Translations under genes and position numbers: made by a program
Source of the DNA: Candidatus Hodarchaeaceae archaeon
GTDB taxonomy: Archaea; Hadarchaeota; Hadarchaeia; Hadarchaeales; Hadarchaeaceae
DNA: 64,000 nt
Direction of reading: 5' to 3'
Assembly (NCBI GenBank): GCA_030016755.1
Contig: JASEJC010000001.1
Coordinates: 4,883 to 68,882 of the forward strand
Shown here: positions 1-8,991 of the stretch, in pieces
Numbering within the stretch: the first letter of the stretch is position 1
How the letters are laid out: each line of letters starts with the position of its first letter
The notes under the pieces: model-generated
What the model was told of the DNA's origin: nothing
Seen by the model: the letters and a program-made list of their open reading frames with translations, nothing else
Databases searched by the model: none

Positions 1-611
1 TGGCAGAGGGAAAGGACCCGAAGACCGTTGCCGAAGCGGCGGCGGCCTTGGCCCGGGCCAGCGGCTACGCGCTGGTGACCCGAGCGAGCGAGGCCCACCT
101 GAAAGCAGTCAAGGCAAAGCTTCGGGGCAACTTCAAGCTCGAACACAACCCGCTGGCCAAGACCCTGCTGGTGAAGAAGAAGGGCCACGTTTTTCCGAAG
201 GGCGGGAAAATTGGGGTGCTCGCCGCGGGGACGGCTGACGTTCCAGTGGCGGAGGAGGCTGCGGTGGCGGCCGAGGTGATGGGCTGCGAGGTGCTGAAGG
301 CGTACGACGTGGGGGTCGCGGGAATCCACAGGCTTTTCGGGCCGCTCGAGCGAATGCTTAAGGATGGGGTATCGGCCTTGGTTGTCGTGGCAGGCATGGA
401 GGGAACGCTTCCATCCTTAGTCTCAAGCCTGACAGATGTCCCGGTGGTGGGGGTGCCGACATCGGTGGGGTACGGGGTCGGGGTAAAGGGCATTGGAGCG
501 CTGATAACCATGCTCCAGTCGTGCTCACCAAAAATTGCGGTATGCAACATAGATAACGGGTACGGTGCGGGGGTCTTCGCGGCGCTTGTAGCTAGACAAA
601 AGACGCGCTAA
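1..611 (+). CDS. larB: LarB-like PurE/AIR-carboxylase-family protein (nickel-pincer cofactor biosynthesis); the 5' end lies outside the window
   Basis: Frame 3 is open from base 3 (track ORF 48-611). Motifs GVLAAGTADVPVAEEA, YDVGVAGIHRL and VVVVAGMEGTLPS are typical of LarB/PurE-class proteins. Confidence 0.75.
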   Translation, partial: AEGKDPKTVAEAAAALARASGYALVTRASEAHLKAVKAKLRGNFKLEHNPLAKTLLVKKKGHVFPKGGKIGVLAAGTADVPVAEEAAVAAEVMGCEVLKAYDVGVAGIHRLFGPLERMLKDGVSALVVVAGMEGTLPSLVSSLTDVPVVGVPTSVGYGVGVKGIGALITMLQSCSPKIAVCNIDNGYGAGVFAALVARQKTR

Positions 612-1264
612 GTTCGCAGGGCTTTTCTTATATCCTCGCCTGTAATTGGCCCTTCCCTCAGAATTTTCAGGTGTTTCGTGCTCAGGTCCACGACTGTCGA
701 GGGCGTGCGGAGCTCGCATCTTCCCGCGTCTAGGGCGAGGTCAACTTTATCCCCTAGTTGCTCCAAGGCCTCCTTTACCGTCGTGGGGGGAGGGCCGCCG
801 GAGACGTTGGCGGAGGTAGTCGTGATGGGCCCTCCGGCGAACTCTATGAGCCTGAGCGCGGCGGGATGATCTGGGACCCGGATGCCTACCTTCCCCGTGC
901 CGGAGGTCAAAAGTTTCGAAACGGTTGGCTTGGCCTTGACCACGACGGTGAGGGGGCCAGGCGCAAATTTTTTGAGAAGGGTTTCGGCGACCGGCGTGAG
1001 CTCAGCAACTTGGCGGGCCATCTCGATTGAACTCACGGCAACTGAGATCGGGCTCTCCAGAGGTCTGACCTTCGCCGCGAAAACTTTGGCAACGGCTTCA
1101 TCTGAGCAGGCGTCGGCGCCCAGTCCGTAGACCGTCTCGGTGGGATAGACTACCAAACCGCCCGCCTTTACCACGGCAGCGGCTTTTGTAATCGCTCTGG
1201 AGGCAGGTGCCTTTTTGCCGACTTTCAAAATTTTAACCGCCACAGCATCCCGATTCTTTTCCAC
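608..1264 (-). CDS. tsaC: L-threonylcarbamoyladenylate synthase, YrdC/TsaC/Sua5 family (t6A biosynthesis)
   Basis: 218 aa. Contains GGLVVYPTETVYGLGADA and a later TTSANVSG motif, both characteristic of the YrdC domain. Confidence 0.8.
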   Translation of the reverse strand: MEKNRDAVAVKILKVGKKAPASRAITKAAAVVKAGGLVVYPTETVYGLGADACSDEAVAKVFAAKVRPLESPISVAVSSIEMARQVAELTPVAETLLKKFAPGPLTVVVKAKPTVSKLLTSGTGKVGIRVPDHPAALRLIEFAGGPITTTSANVSGGPPPTTVKEALEQLGDKVDLALDAGRCELRTPSTVVDLSTKHLKILREGPITGEDIRKALRT

Positions 1265-1288
1265 TTCCGCTGTTATTTACCTAATCGA

Positions 1289-1396
1289 TGGTGCGGGGGA
1301 GGGGATTCGAACCCCCGAACCCCTACGGGACCAGACCCTGAATCTGGCGCCTTGAGTCGGCCTTCAGGACCTTTGACCTGGCTAGGCTACCCCCGC
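1289..1396 (-). tRNA. tRNA-Leu(CAG), class II, with an encoded CCA and a ~20-nt non-canonical intron in the D-arm region (about 1350-1369)
   Basis: Hand-folded. Acceptor GCGGGGG/CCCCCGC, D stem GCC/GGC after removing the insert, anticodon stem CCAGA/TCTGG with loop TTCAGGG. 14-nt variable arm, T arm GGGGG-TTCGAAT-CCCCT, then ACCA. Confidence 0.85.
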
Positions 1397-1482
1397 ACCT
1401 GAAAATCATTGGGTGTGTAGCTTTAACTTTTCTTCTGGGGCAACCTATATGAAAACAGGGGACAATCAGGATTTGGGATAAC

Positions 1483-2658
1483 ATGCCAGAAATCGACGTA
1501 GCTGTGTTGCTAACTGCCATCATCATAATGAGCTTCATCTACATGCTACTCTCTCCCTACATGCTAGGGGTCCAGGCGCGCATTGGGGTCGGGCAGCTGC
1601 GCAAGTCCGTTGCCGAGCTCCAGGCGCGTGCGAAGGAGAGCAGGAAAATAGCGCTGGGCGCGATAGCCAAACACGGGAAGCCGAAGCGCGACGTGGAGAA
1701 GGAGTTCGACAACTTTCTAGAGTTCTTCGCCATCGAGCCCGTGAGCGATGACCCCAGCGGAGTCCTGCGAAGGCTCGAACATATCCTTGATGTGCGGAAG
1801 CGACGGTTCGAGGGGGTGGTGGCTCGCTTGGCCCCAAATGCCGACCCAGAGTCAGCTGCAAACCTTGAGATGGTCATAGAGGGGGCTATGGCGAACTACG
1901 CCCTCTACCGCTTCATGCGCCACTTCACGCTGCTCGCCGAGAAGACGAAAAACATGCAGCTCGTCATGCTCATCCAGCTGAACGTCCCGTTCCTCAAGGA
2001 ATACTCCAAGGCCTTCGTGGAGGCAACAAGAGCCTTCGCCGCGGGAAAACCGATCGGCGACGGCGTGGGGGCGCTGACCGCAGCGAAACTCATAGACAAG
2101 GCCAAGTGGCAGGAGCCCGTCGAGGATACCGTCTACGCCGAGACCAAGTTCGACGGGCGAAAGCTCATCGTCGTCAAAGCAAAGGGGCCCGGCGGCAGGG
2201 TCGGCAAGCCGGGCGAGCTGGTCAAGCGGTTAATCCAAAAGCGAAAGGTCTCCCGCATCATCATGATCGACGCGGCCGGGAAGCTCGAGGGTGAAACGAG
2301 CGGGCAGGTGATTGAGGGAGTCGGGGCGGCAATCGGAGGCCCCCCAACCGAGAAGCACAAGATAGAGGAGATCGCGACCAGGCACAAAATACCGGTCGAC
2401 GCCATCGTGATCAAGGAGTCATTCACCGAGGCGATAAAACCCCTCAACAAGCACCTCGCCAAGGGAGTAGACGTTGCGATTGATACGGTTAAAAAAGCCG
2501 TAAGGGAGCGCACGAAGCCCGGCGATGTCGTCATCGTCGCTGGGATCGGGAACACCATAGGCATAGGGCAGGGCCTAAGGGAGACACCAAAGGAATTCCC
2601 AGCGCCACCTGAGAAGGAGAAGGGCGAGATCGAATCGAGCTTTCTGCCCCTGCGGTGA
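1483..2658 (+). CDS. Conserved archaeal protein with an N-terminal TM helix (DUF1512-like, from memory of the family)
   Basis: 391-aa ORF with a hydrophobic N-terminus (VLLTAIIIMSFIYMLL). No overlapping better ORF. The family assignment is from recollection only. Confidence 0.55.
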   Translation: MPEIDVAVLLTAIIIMSFIYMLLSPYMLGVQARIGVGQLRKSVAELQARAKESRKIALGAIAKHGKPKRDVEKEFDNFLEFFAIEPVSDDPSGVLRRLEHILDVRKRRFEGVVARLAPNADPESAANLEMVIEGAMANYALYRFMRHFTLLAEKTKNMQLVMLIQLNVPFLKEYSKAFVEATRAFAAGKPIGDGVGALTAAKLIDKAKWQEPVEDTVYAETKFDGRKLIVVKAKGPGGRVGKPGELVKRLIQKRKVSRIIMIDAAGKLEGETSGQVIEGVGAAIGGPPTEKHKIEEIATRHKIPVDAIVIKESFTEAIKPLNKHLAKGVDVAIDTVKKAVRERTKPGDVVIVAGIGNTIGIGQGLRETPKEFPAPPEKEKGEIESSFLPLR

Positions 2659-2706
2659 CCCTATTTTTAAGCCGCGGGGCGGATATTTTCTTAAGGAGTG
2701 GTATAC

Positions 2707-4896
2707 ATGCGACGCTACAAGCACCTAGCTGATGTCGAGAAAATTATGTGGATCCCAACACAAATTCGCAACATAGGCATCGTCGCGCACGTTGACCATG
2801 GGAAAACCACCTTAACGGATTCGCTGGTAGCCGCCTCGGGCATAATCAGCTACGACCTCGCGGGAGAGCAGCTCTTCACAGACTACCTCGAGATCGAGCA
2901 GCAGCGCGGCATTACCGTGCAGACGGCTGCTGTCAGCCTAGCGCACACCCTTGAGGGCAAGGAATACCTCATCAATCTACTCGACACCCCTGGCCACGTA
3001 GACTTCAGCGGTGACGTCACCCGGGCCCTGCGGGCGATTGACGGGGTGGTTGTTGTGGTTGACGCCGTCGAGGGAGTCATGCCCCAGACTGAGACGGTGC
3101 TACGTCAAGCTCTCCACGAACGAGCGCGCCCCGTGCTATTCATCAACAAGGTCGACCGCTTAATCGACGAACTCAAGCTGACGCCCGAGGGGATGCAGGC
3201 GCGCTTCATCAGGTTGATAACCAAGTTCAACCAGCTAATCAAGAGATACGCCCGCCCGGAAGATGCTGATAAATGGCAGGTGAAAGTTGAGGAAGGCTCG
3301 GTAGCGTTTGGGTCCGCAAAGGAGAAGTGGGCCCTTTCGGTTCCCCAGATGAAGAAGAAAAACATTAGCTTCAAAGACATCATCACCGCTTACCAGAGCG
3401 GCACCCAGGCCGAGCTGGCAAAGAAGAGCCCGCTTTTTGAGGTCGTCCTTGATATGGTCATTAGACACCTCCCCAACCCAAAACAGGCACAAGCAAGCCG
3501 GATGCCTGTGATATGGAAAGGCGACCTAGAGAGTGAACTCGGAAAAAGCATGGTTGCTGCCGACCCCAAAGGTAAGGTATGCATGGTGATCACAGACATC
3601 ATCGTTGACGAACAGGCTGGCGTGATCTCCACTGGGCGGATCTTCTCTGGTGTCCTAGAGAAGGGAAAAACTGTCAGGTTAGTTAGCGCCAATCAGGAGG
3701 CTCGCGTCCAGCAGGTTAGTGTCTACATGGGGCCCGACCGCGTTCCGGTTGAGAAAATCCCTGCTGGAAACATCGCCGCTATCATAGGGATGAAGGAGGC
3801 CTACGTGGGAGAGACCCTCATTGAGGCTGGCGTGGAAGGCAGGGGATTCGAAGAGCTCCGCTACATAAGCGAGCCCGTCGTCACGGTGGCCGTGGAGCCG
3901 AAGAACTTTCAAGAGTTACCCAAGCTCGTGAACGCGCTGAAGCGGATCTCTCGGGAGGACCCGAACATCAAGATCAAAATCAACGAAGAAACCGGGGAGT
4001 ATTTGGTATCCGGAATGGGGGAAGTCCATCTTGAAATCGTCGAATACAAGCTGAAGGAGGCGGGACTCGAGGTAAAAACTTCTGAACCCATCGTCGTCTA
4101 CCGTGAAGCCCTAACTGGAAAGGCCGGGCCGATCGAGGGCAAATCGCCGAACAAACACAACCGCTTCATGGTCGCGGTTGAACCATTGGAACCGGATGTC
4201 ATCAAGGCCATTGAGGAGGGCAAGGTCACTGACAAGCAGGAGCGGAAGGAGCGCGCGAATGTGCTCAGGGAACTCGGGTGGGAGACCCACGCAGCCCGCA
4301 ACATCGTCTCGATAATCGGCCCGAACATCATGACCGACGTGAGCAAGGGAGTGCAGTACATGCGGGAGGTGCAGGACTACGTCATCGAAGCATTCAAGGA
4401 GGTCGTCGAGGAGGGTCCCACCATGCGTGAGCCCATGCGCGGGTTGAAGGTGCTTATAGTTGACGCCACGCTGCACGAGGACTCGGTTCACCGGGGACCA
4501 GCACAGATTATACCTGCTGTCAGGCGCCCGATCCAGGCGGGGATCCTTCTCGCCAACCCAACCGTGCTCGAGCCCCTACTCAAACTTGAGGTGCGCGTGC
4601 CGCAGGAGTTCATGGGCGGCGCGACCAAGGTCATACAAGGCCGCCGGGGACGAATTCTAAGCATGGAGTCAGAGGAAGACATCGCGATAATAAAGGCCTC
4701 GCTCCCCGTGGCGAACTCTTTCGGGTTGGCTGCAGAGCTGCGTTCGGAAACCGAGGGACGGGCGATCTGGGGGACGGAGTTCGAGAAATTCGAGCAGCTG
4801 CCGCGGGAGCTTCAGGAACAGGTCATCCGGAACACGCGGAAGCGCAAGGGGCTGAAGCTGGAGCCGCCCAAGCCTGACGAGTTTATGGAGAAGTGA
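2707..4896 (+). CDS. fusA: Translation elongation factor 2 (aEF-2)
   Basis: GTPase motifs AHVDHGKTT, DTPGH and NKVDR, with the full five-domain length. AAGGAG lies about 10 nt upstream of ATG 2707 (the track ORF starts at GTG 2698). Confidence 0.97.
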   Translation: MRRYKHLADVEKIMWIPTQIRNIGIVAHVDHGKTTLTDSLVAASGIISYDLAGEQLFTDYLEIEQQRGITVQTAAVSLAHTLEGKEYLINLLDTPGHVDFSGDVTRALRAIDGVVVVVDAVEGVMPQTETVLRQALHERARPVLFINKVDRLIDELKLTPEGMQARFIRLITKFNQLIKRYARPEDADKWQVKVEEGSVAFGSAKEKWALSVPQMKKKNISFKDIITAYQSGTQAELAKKSPLFEVVLDMVIRHLPNPKQAQASRMPVIWKGDLESELGKSMVAADPKGKVCMVITDIIVDEQAGVISTGRIFSGVLEKGKTVRLVSANQEARVQQVSVYMGPDRVPVEKIPAGNIAAIIGMKEAYVGETLIEAGVEGRGFEELRYISEPVVTVAVEPKNFQELPKLVNALKRISREDPNIKIKINEETGEYLVSGMGEVHLEIVEYKLKEAGLEVKTSEPIVVYREALTGKAGPIEGKSPNKHNRFMVAVEPLEPDVIKAIEEGKVTDKQERKERANVLRELGWETHAARNIVSIIGPNIMTDVSKGVQYMREVQDYVIEAFKEVVEEGPTMREPMRGLKVLIVDATLHEDSVHRGPAQIIPAVRRPIQAGILLANPTVLEPLLKLEVRVPQEFMGGATKVIQGRRGRILSMESEEDIAIIKASLPVANSFGLAAELRSETEGRAIWGTEFEKFEQLPRELQEQVIRNTRKRKGLKLEPPKPDEFMEK

Positions 4897-5719
4897 GCAG
4901 GTTAGCTATCTCCCCAAATTTCTCCGGCACGAGGTCCATGACGCGGGCTTCAGCAAGCTCTTTAGGGAGCCTTTGATCTATTGTTGCTCGCCTATCCTCC
5001 TTCGATATTTTCACGCCAGGAAACACCTCCCCGAACGAGCGGTAAAGCGCATTTCGCACCCGCTGGCGCCGATGCTGGAAGAGCGCTCGAATAACCCTGA
5101 AAAAAACTTGCTCGTCTTTTACCTTGAATGGTGGCTCTCGCGGCCTGAGCCTGACCATCGCTGAGGTGACTTTTGGTTGGGGGAAAAATGCTGTTGACGG
5201 CACCTCATTGAGCAACTCGACGCTCGCCCGATAGTGCGTGCTCAGTGTCAGGCGGCCATACTCATCGGACCCTGGCTTCGCTGCGAGCCGCTCGGCGAAC
5301 TCCCGCTGGTACATCAATACGGCCAGCTCGAAACCGTGCTCTAGTAACCTGAACGTGATGTCTGAGGAGATGCCGTAGGGGAGGTTCGCGACGACTTTGT
5401 TAAACTTGGGAAGCTCTATGCGCAGCGCGTCCCCGCACAGTAGCTCGACGTTCGAGTGGCTTCTTAACCGTTCCTCTAGAACTTTTACGAGTCTCCTATC
5501 TCGCTCCACCGCGATGACCCTCCCGGCACGCGAGGCAAGCAAAAGCGTTAGATTGCCTATCCCTGCGCCAATCTCGAGCACCACGTCGCCACGCGAGAGC
5601 TCGGCGTAATCGACCATCCGCTCCAAAACAATGGGGTCGATGACTTGGTGCTGCCCTGCCCGCCTGCTGAGCCTTATTCCCTGCTTGCGCAAGAACCGCA
5701 ATGTTTCCTCAAACATCAA
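4883..5719 (-). CDS. rsmA: 16S rRNA (adenine1518/1519-N6)-dimethyltransferase (KsgA/Dim1)
   Basis: GQHQVIDP, SAM-binding motif VLEIGAGIGNLT, and NLPYGISS. Confidence 0.9.
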   Translation of the reverse strand: MMFEETLRFLRKQGIRLSRRAGQHQVIDPIVLERMVDYAELSRGDVVLEIGAGIGNLTLLLASRAGRVIAVERDRRLVKVLEERLRSHSNVELLCGDALRIELPKFNKVVANLPYGISSDITFRLLEHGFELAVLMYQREFAERLAAKPGSDEYGRLTLSTHYRASVELLNEVPSTAFFPQPKVTSAMVRLRPREPPFKVKDEQVFFRVIRALFQHRRQRVRNALYRSFGEVFPGVKISKEDRRATIDQRLPKELAEARVMDLVPEKFGEIANLLTSP

Positions 5720-5748
5720 TTCTAATACTCTTGGATGGACTATTTAGG

Positions 5749-6108
5749 ATGGGGACGGCAATGGTCTCGGAAACTTTCAAACGAGGGAAGGAGGCCCTGT
5801 TCAACCGGCTGCACAAGGGAGTGGTTCTGACGCCTGAGATAGAGCGAGAGATAATGGATGTCTATGGTGGACGGGGCAAGCGGGCTCTCGCGGCGATCAA
5901 AGGGCGCCGCGTGATAAAGCGCGGGCAGCGGTGGTTCGTGCGCGGCATGACGGATGAATATGAAGTTGTCAAAAATTTTTGCACCTGCAGGGACTATGTT
6001 CTCAATATCACCACAGGAAAAGTTGATGTCGACTGCTGTTACCATGCGCTCGCTAAAACCATCTGCGAGGCGCTCAACTCGTACTACGTGCTCCAGCCCG
6101 AGGGCTAA
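5749..6108 (+). CDS. SWIM zinc-finger domain protein
   Basis: CxC-x(n)-CxH signature: FCTCRDYVLNITTGKVDVDCCYHALAK. The start was moved to ATG 5749 to avoid overlapping the divergent rsmA start. Confidence 0.65.
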   Translation: MGTAMVSETFKRGKEALFNRLHKGVVLTPEIEREIMDVYGGRGKRALAAIKGRRVIKRGQRWFVRGMTDEYEVVKNFCTCRDYVLNITTGKVDVDCCYHALAKTICEALNSYYVLQPEG

Positions 6109-6757
6109 ATTTTGTGCGTTTTAGATGGCGAACTCCAATCGGGCATAGGTCGTTAATTGGGCATTCTTGGTGAAGAGGGTTCCGGGCGCGACAGTAGCGC
6201 CGACCAAGCTCGACCAAAAGCATGTGGGCATCGCGCCTTCTGCCCGCGGATGTGACGCTCTCCAGCTTTGCCTTAACCTGCTCATGATTGTCTTTGTGTG
6301 AAGCAAGCCCCAAGCGCTTTGAGATTCGGAATACGTGGGTGTCTACCGCTATCACATCCTTCCCCGCCCCAAACGCCATCACCACATCGGCGGTCTTGAA
6401 GCCAACCCCCGGAAGCGAGAGCAGTTCTCGACGCGCCTCTTCTACCGGTTTCTGTAGGACAGAGTTAAGGTTCCCACCATATTTTTCCAACACTGCACGC
6501 GAGATTTCCCTCAGCCGCTTGGACTTTTCCCTGTGCAAGCCAGCAGGGCGAATAAGCTCTCGGATCTCTCGCACATCAGCGTTGGCGAGCTGTGCGGGCG
6601 TTCGAAACCTAGAGGTGAGGCGGTTGTAGGCTGCACGGGTGTTGCGCCAGTTGGTGTTCTGGGAGAGTACAGTGCCGACGAGCAGCAAGAATGGGTCATC
6701 GGTGTAGCGACGCCAAGGCTCGAACTCAGCACCCAACCGGTTTAAAATCATGTCCAT
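6074..6757 (-). CDS. nth: Endonuclease III / HhH-GPD DNA glycosylase with a 4Fe-4S cluster loop
   Basis: LVGTVLSQNT, HhH element LPGVGFKTADVV, catalytic D in VDTHV, and C-terminal Cys cluster CRARNPLHQECPINDLC. The start was set at MDMILN (6757). Confidence 0.85.
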   Translation of the reverse strand: MDMILNRLGAEFEPWRRYTDDPFLLLVGTVLSQNTNWRNTRAAYNRLTSRFRTPAQLANADVREIRELIRPAGLHREKSKRLREISRAVLEKYGGNLNSVLQKPVEEARRELLSLPGVGFKTADVVMAFGAGKDVIAVDTHVFRISKRLGLASHKDNHEQVKAKLESVTSAGRRRDAHMLLVELGRRYCRARNPLHQECPINDLCPIGVRHLKRTKFSPRAGARSTS

Positions 6758-6809
6758 GCGGCGGGGGCCCGCTTGCCTATCCTTTAAATCTCCCGCCGCC
6801 CCAGCCTGA

Positions 6810-7214
6810 ATGGTGACCGATTTGAGCGCCATCGATGTCCTCTACCTAGTTCTCCTCATCGGCTCTTTGGCTTTTGGGCTCGAGGCGATGCTTCTCGGTT
6901 TGGGGGGCAAGCTCATGGTGCTCTATCGCCGGCGGAAAGCCAAGACGCTTGCGATTGCCCTCGCGGTGGGGCTTTCGATTGTGGGGCCAGCGGTGGTGAC
7001 TTCGGTGGTCTTCGCACTGGAGCCGCTCTATTTCTGTGTGCTGTTGCTCGCGTACATGTTCATCGCGGGCAAACTCATCAGCGTGTTTGGACCCGGGCGC
7101 GTTCGAACGCCCCCACCACCTTTGCCACCACGACCCTCCGAGAAAGAAATCGAGGCGATGGTCAGGAAGCGCGGGCTCGGCAAACTTGTGAGTAAAAAGA
7201 GGAAGCGCTATTGA
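6810..7214 (+). CDS. Small membrane protein with a Pro-rich and basic C-terminal tail; function unknown
   Basis: 134 aa with about three hydrophobic helices, followed by PPPPLPPRP and KKRKRY. Confidence 0.5.
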   Translation: MVTDLSAIDVLYLVLLIGSLAFGLEAMLLGLGGKLMVLYRRRKAKTLAIALAVGLSIVGPAVVTSVVFALEPLYFCVLLLAYMFIAGKLISVFGPGRVRTPPPPLPPRPSEKEIEAMVRKRGLGKLVSKKRKRY

Positions 7215-7515
7215 ACCGGGTAATAAGCATATTTCCAAATGTAGCATATGTTACCACGGAACTGAAGAGGTTAACCAAATATTACATTCAAGTTGCCAAG
7301 TCCATAAATCCCGACGCGAGCCCCGTGAAGAAACAGCTGAAGATAACACTCAACTATGAGATTATTCTACGATGACCCCAACTTTGTTTCGAGATTCAAG
7401 CTGGCCCTTCGTAGCAGCCCACTTTCCGCTTTGAATCCTCAATAATCCACTTGACCTGTTTTACGACTTCACCGGCGATAATTTCGTTTGACTGAAGCGC
7501 TTTAAAATTGACGCG

Positions 7516-8079
7516 TCAGGCTGAATATCGTTTGTCTAACTCTCCAACTAGTTCTCTCACAGGTTTGAACTCTTTCATATACCGAGCCAAATCCTTCTTC
7601 ACCGCACGCCATAGTTCGTCCAACTCGCGTGAACGGTTGCCTCGCTCGCGATATTTGACCGCCTGTACAAGCATCGAGAGATAGTCGGCTGCGTGGACGA
7701 GGTTGGCCTCGGGGGTGCGCTTCTCGCTGTACTCCTGCCAAAGCGCCAGATATTTTTCTCTTTTCGGCAGCTTACCAAAGAGATCCTCAAGTGCTCTTTT
7801 TTCGACGCGCTTCTTCGTGCCTGCGGGCCCCAAGTATTTCAAAGCCGTGTAGGGGAAGTCACCGACCGATGCCTCAGCCCAATCGTGCACGACCGCCATG
7901 CTGAGTGCTCGCCCCTGATCAATTTTCTTGCCCTGGCGCTCGAGTTCATCGGCAAGGAGTAAAGTTATTGCCGTAACATCGAATGTGTGTTGCGCCACAT
8001 CCTCGACCTCGCTGGACGAAACGTTGCAAAGCAGCCAACCCGTGCGGGGGATGCGCTTGAGGTTGTTGAGCCGCTCCAA
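7516..8079 (-). CDS. HD-domain phosphohydrolase (YfbR-like 5'-deoxynucleotidase family)
   Basis: RIPRTGW near the N-terminus, H...HD pattern (AQHTFDV, VVHDWAE), 187 aa. Confidence 0.8.
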   Translation of the reverse strand: MERLNNLKRIPRTGWLLCNVSSSEVEDVAQHTFDVTAITLLLADELERQGKKIDQGRALSMAVVHDWAEASVGDFPYTALKYLGPAGTKKRVEKRALEDLFGKLPKREKYLALWQEYSEKRTPEANLVHAADYLSMLVQAVKYRERGNRSRELDELWRAVKKDLARYMKEFKPVRELVGELDKRYSA

Positions 8080-8093
8080 AAATTCATTTAATT

Positions 8094-8498
8094 TCAGACG
8101 ACCACCAGCTTGGCCTGCTTGACCCCACGGAGGGCGCCCAACCGATCGACGAGCTTGCGGATCTTCTCAGCTGGACCCTTGACGATTAACGTCTCTAAGC
8201 AGTTTTTGGTGTCCACGTGTAAATGCTGGACTGCGCCTATGATACTCAAACTCGCGTGTTGGATATCCATGAGCGCATCAGTCAGTCCTCGAACATCGTG
8301 CTCATACATCACGAGGATGGCGCCAAGTTGTTCTCCCTTTAACTCGCTGCGCCACTTGTAACTCGCCAAGAAATCCCGAAGCGCGTCCCTCACCGCTTCT
8401 GAGCGGCTCGCGTAGCCCTGAGCTTTGAGCATGCGATCGAGCTCATCTAGCAAATCTTGGGGCAACGTCAAGCTCACCCGCGTTATCCTTTGCGACAT
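8094..8498 (-). CDS. nikR: Nickel-responsive regulator NikR (ribbon-helix-helix plus C-terminal metal-binding domain)
   Basis: RVSLTLPQDLLDELD...GYASRSEAVRDALR forms the RHH. The C-terminal domain contains HVHLD-like VQHLHVD. The start was set at MSQRITRVS (8498). Confidence 0.85.
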   Translation of the reverse strand: MSQRITRVSLTLPQDLLDELDRMLKAQGYASRSEAVRDALRDFLASYKWRSELKGEQLGAILVMYEHDVRGLTDALMDIQHASLSIIGAVQHLHVDTKNCLETLIVKGPAEKIRKLVDRLGALRGVKQAKLVVV

Positions 8499-8545
8499 GC
8501 TTCCCCATCCAAACTTACACACATTTCAGTATTTCAAGTTTCGTA

Positions 8546-8573
8546 GTAATATTTATAACTAGAAAAGTATTAC
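8546..8573. promoter_or_regulatory. Dyad GTAATA-N16-TATTAC in the nikR / 8591 divergent promoter (candidate NikR operator)
   Basis: Perfect 6-bp inverted repeat with exactly 16 nt between the half-sites. The spacer contains TTTATAA (TATA-like). The E. coli NikR site has the same geometry (GTATGA-N16-TCATAC). Confidence 0.55.
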
Positions 8574-8590
8574 CACTTACCAAGAAAAAA

Positions 8591-8914
8591 ATGTTAGGAG
8601 GCACAAAAGTGGTTTGCTATACGATACCCTTGGCGGCGGCGATAATTTCGACCATCCTGTGGAGCTCCCAACGAAGAGGTCCTGCAGGGTGGTGGCTCAA
8701 CCTGCTGCTCTACGGAGGTGCAATGTTCGGAGTGGTGGATCACCTTTGGAACGGCGAGCTGTTCCTCATCGGGGAAGCGCCGCTCATGGACTTGCTCCTT
8801 GGATTTACAATTACGGCCGTCATCTTCGGTGGGTGGGGAATTACTTTCGCCGTTGCCAGAGCGTACCCCAATCTTGGCTACCGCATGGGTTTTTTGGAGC
8901 AGAAAAGACGCTGA
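8591..8914 (+). CDS. Small integral membrane protein divergent from nikR; function unknown
   Basis: 107 aa with three hydrophobic segments. It shares the promoter region that carries the dyad. Confidence 0.5.
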   Translation: MLGGTKVVCYTIPLAAAIISTILWSSQRRGPAGWWLNLLLYGGAMFGVVDHLWNGELFLIGEAPLMDLLLGFTITAVIFGGWGITFAVARAYPNLGYRMGFLEQKRR

Positions 8915-8991
8915 GCCTGCGAGTTCAACCCAAGTCGCGAGCAAAAAAAAAGCATTTAATTAGGGGACTCCATCTTAACTCGGTGAGGTGA

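Noticed and set aside
65-4682. Numerous 60-160-aa ORFs antisense to larB, tsaC, the DUF1512-like gene and fusA. The same pattern occurs throughout the window (for example 12171-12746, 23874-24518, 45313-45825, 62539-63324).
   Set aside because: All are nested opposite strongly supported genes. They have biased Arg/Pro/Ser/Ala composition and no recognisable motifs, so I treated them as GC-driven shadow ORFs.
7396-7518. In-frame 40-codon extension after the TGA stop of the HD-hydrolase gene (possible readthrough or selenocysteine)
   Set aside because: I could not see a SECIS-like hairpin. The extension has no motif and lies in the low-GC spacer, and the HD domain is already complete before the stop.
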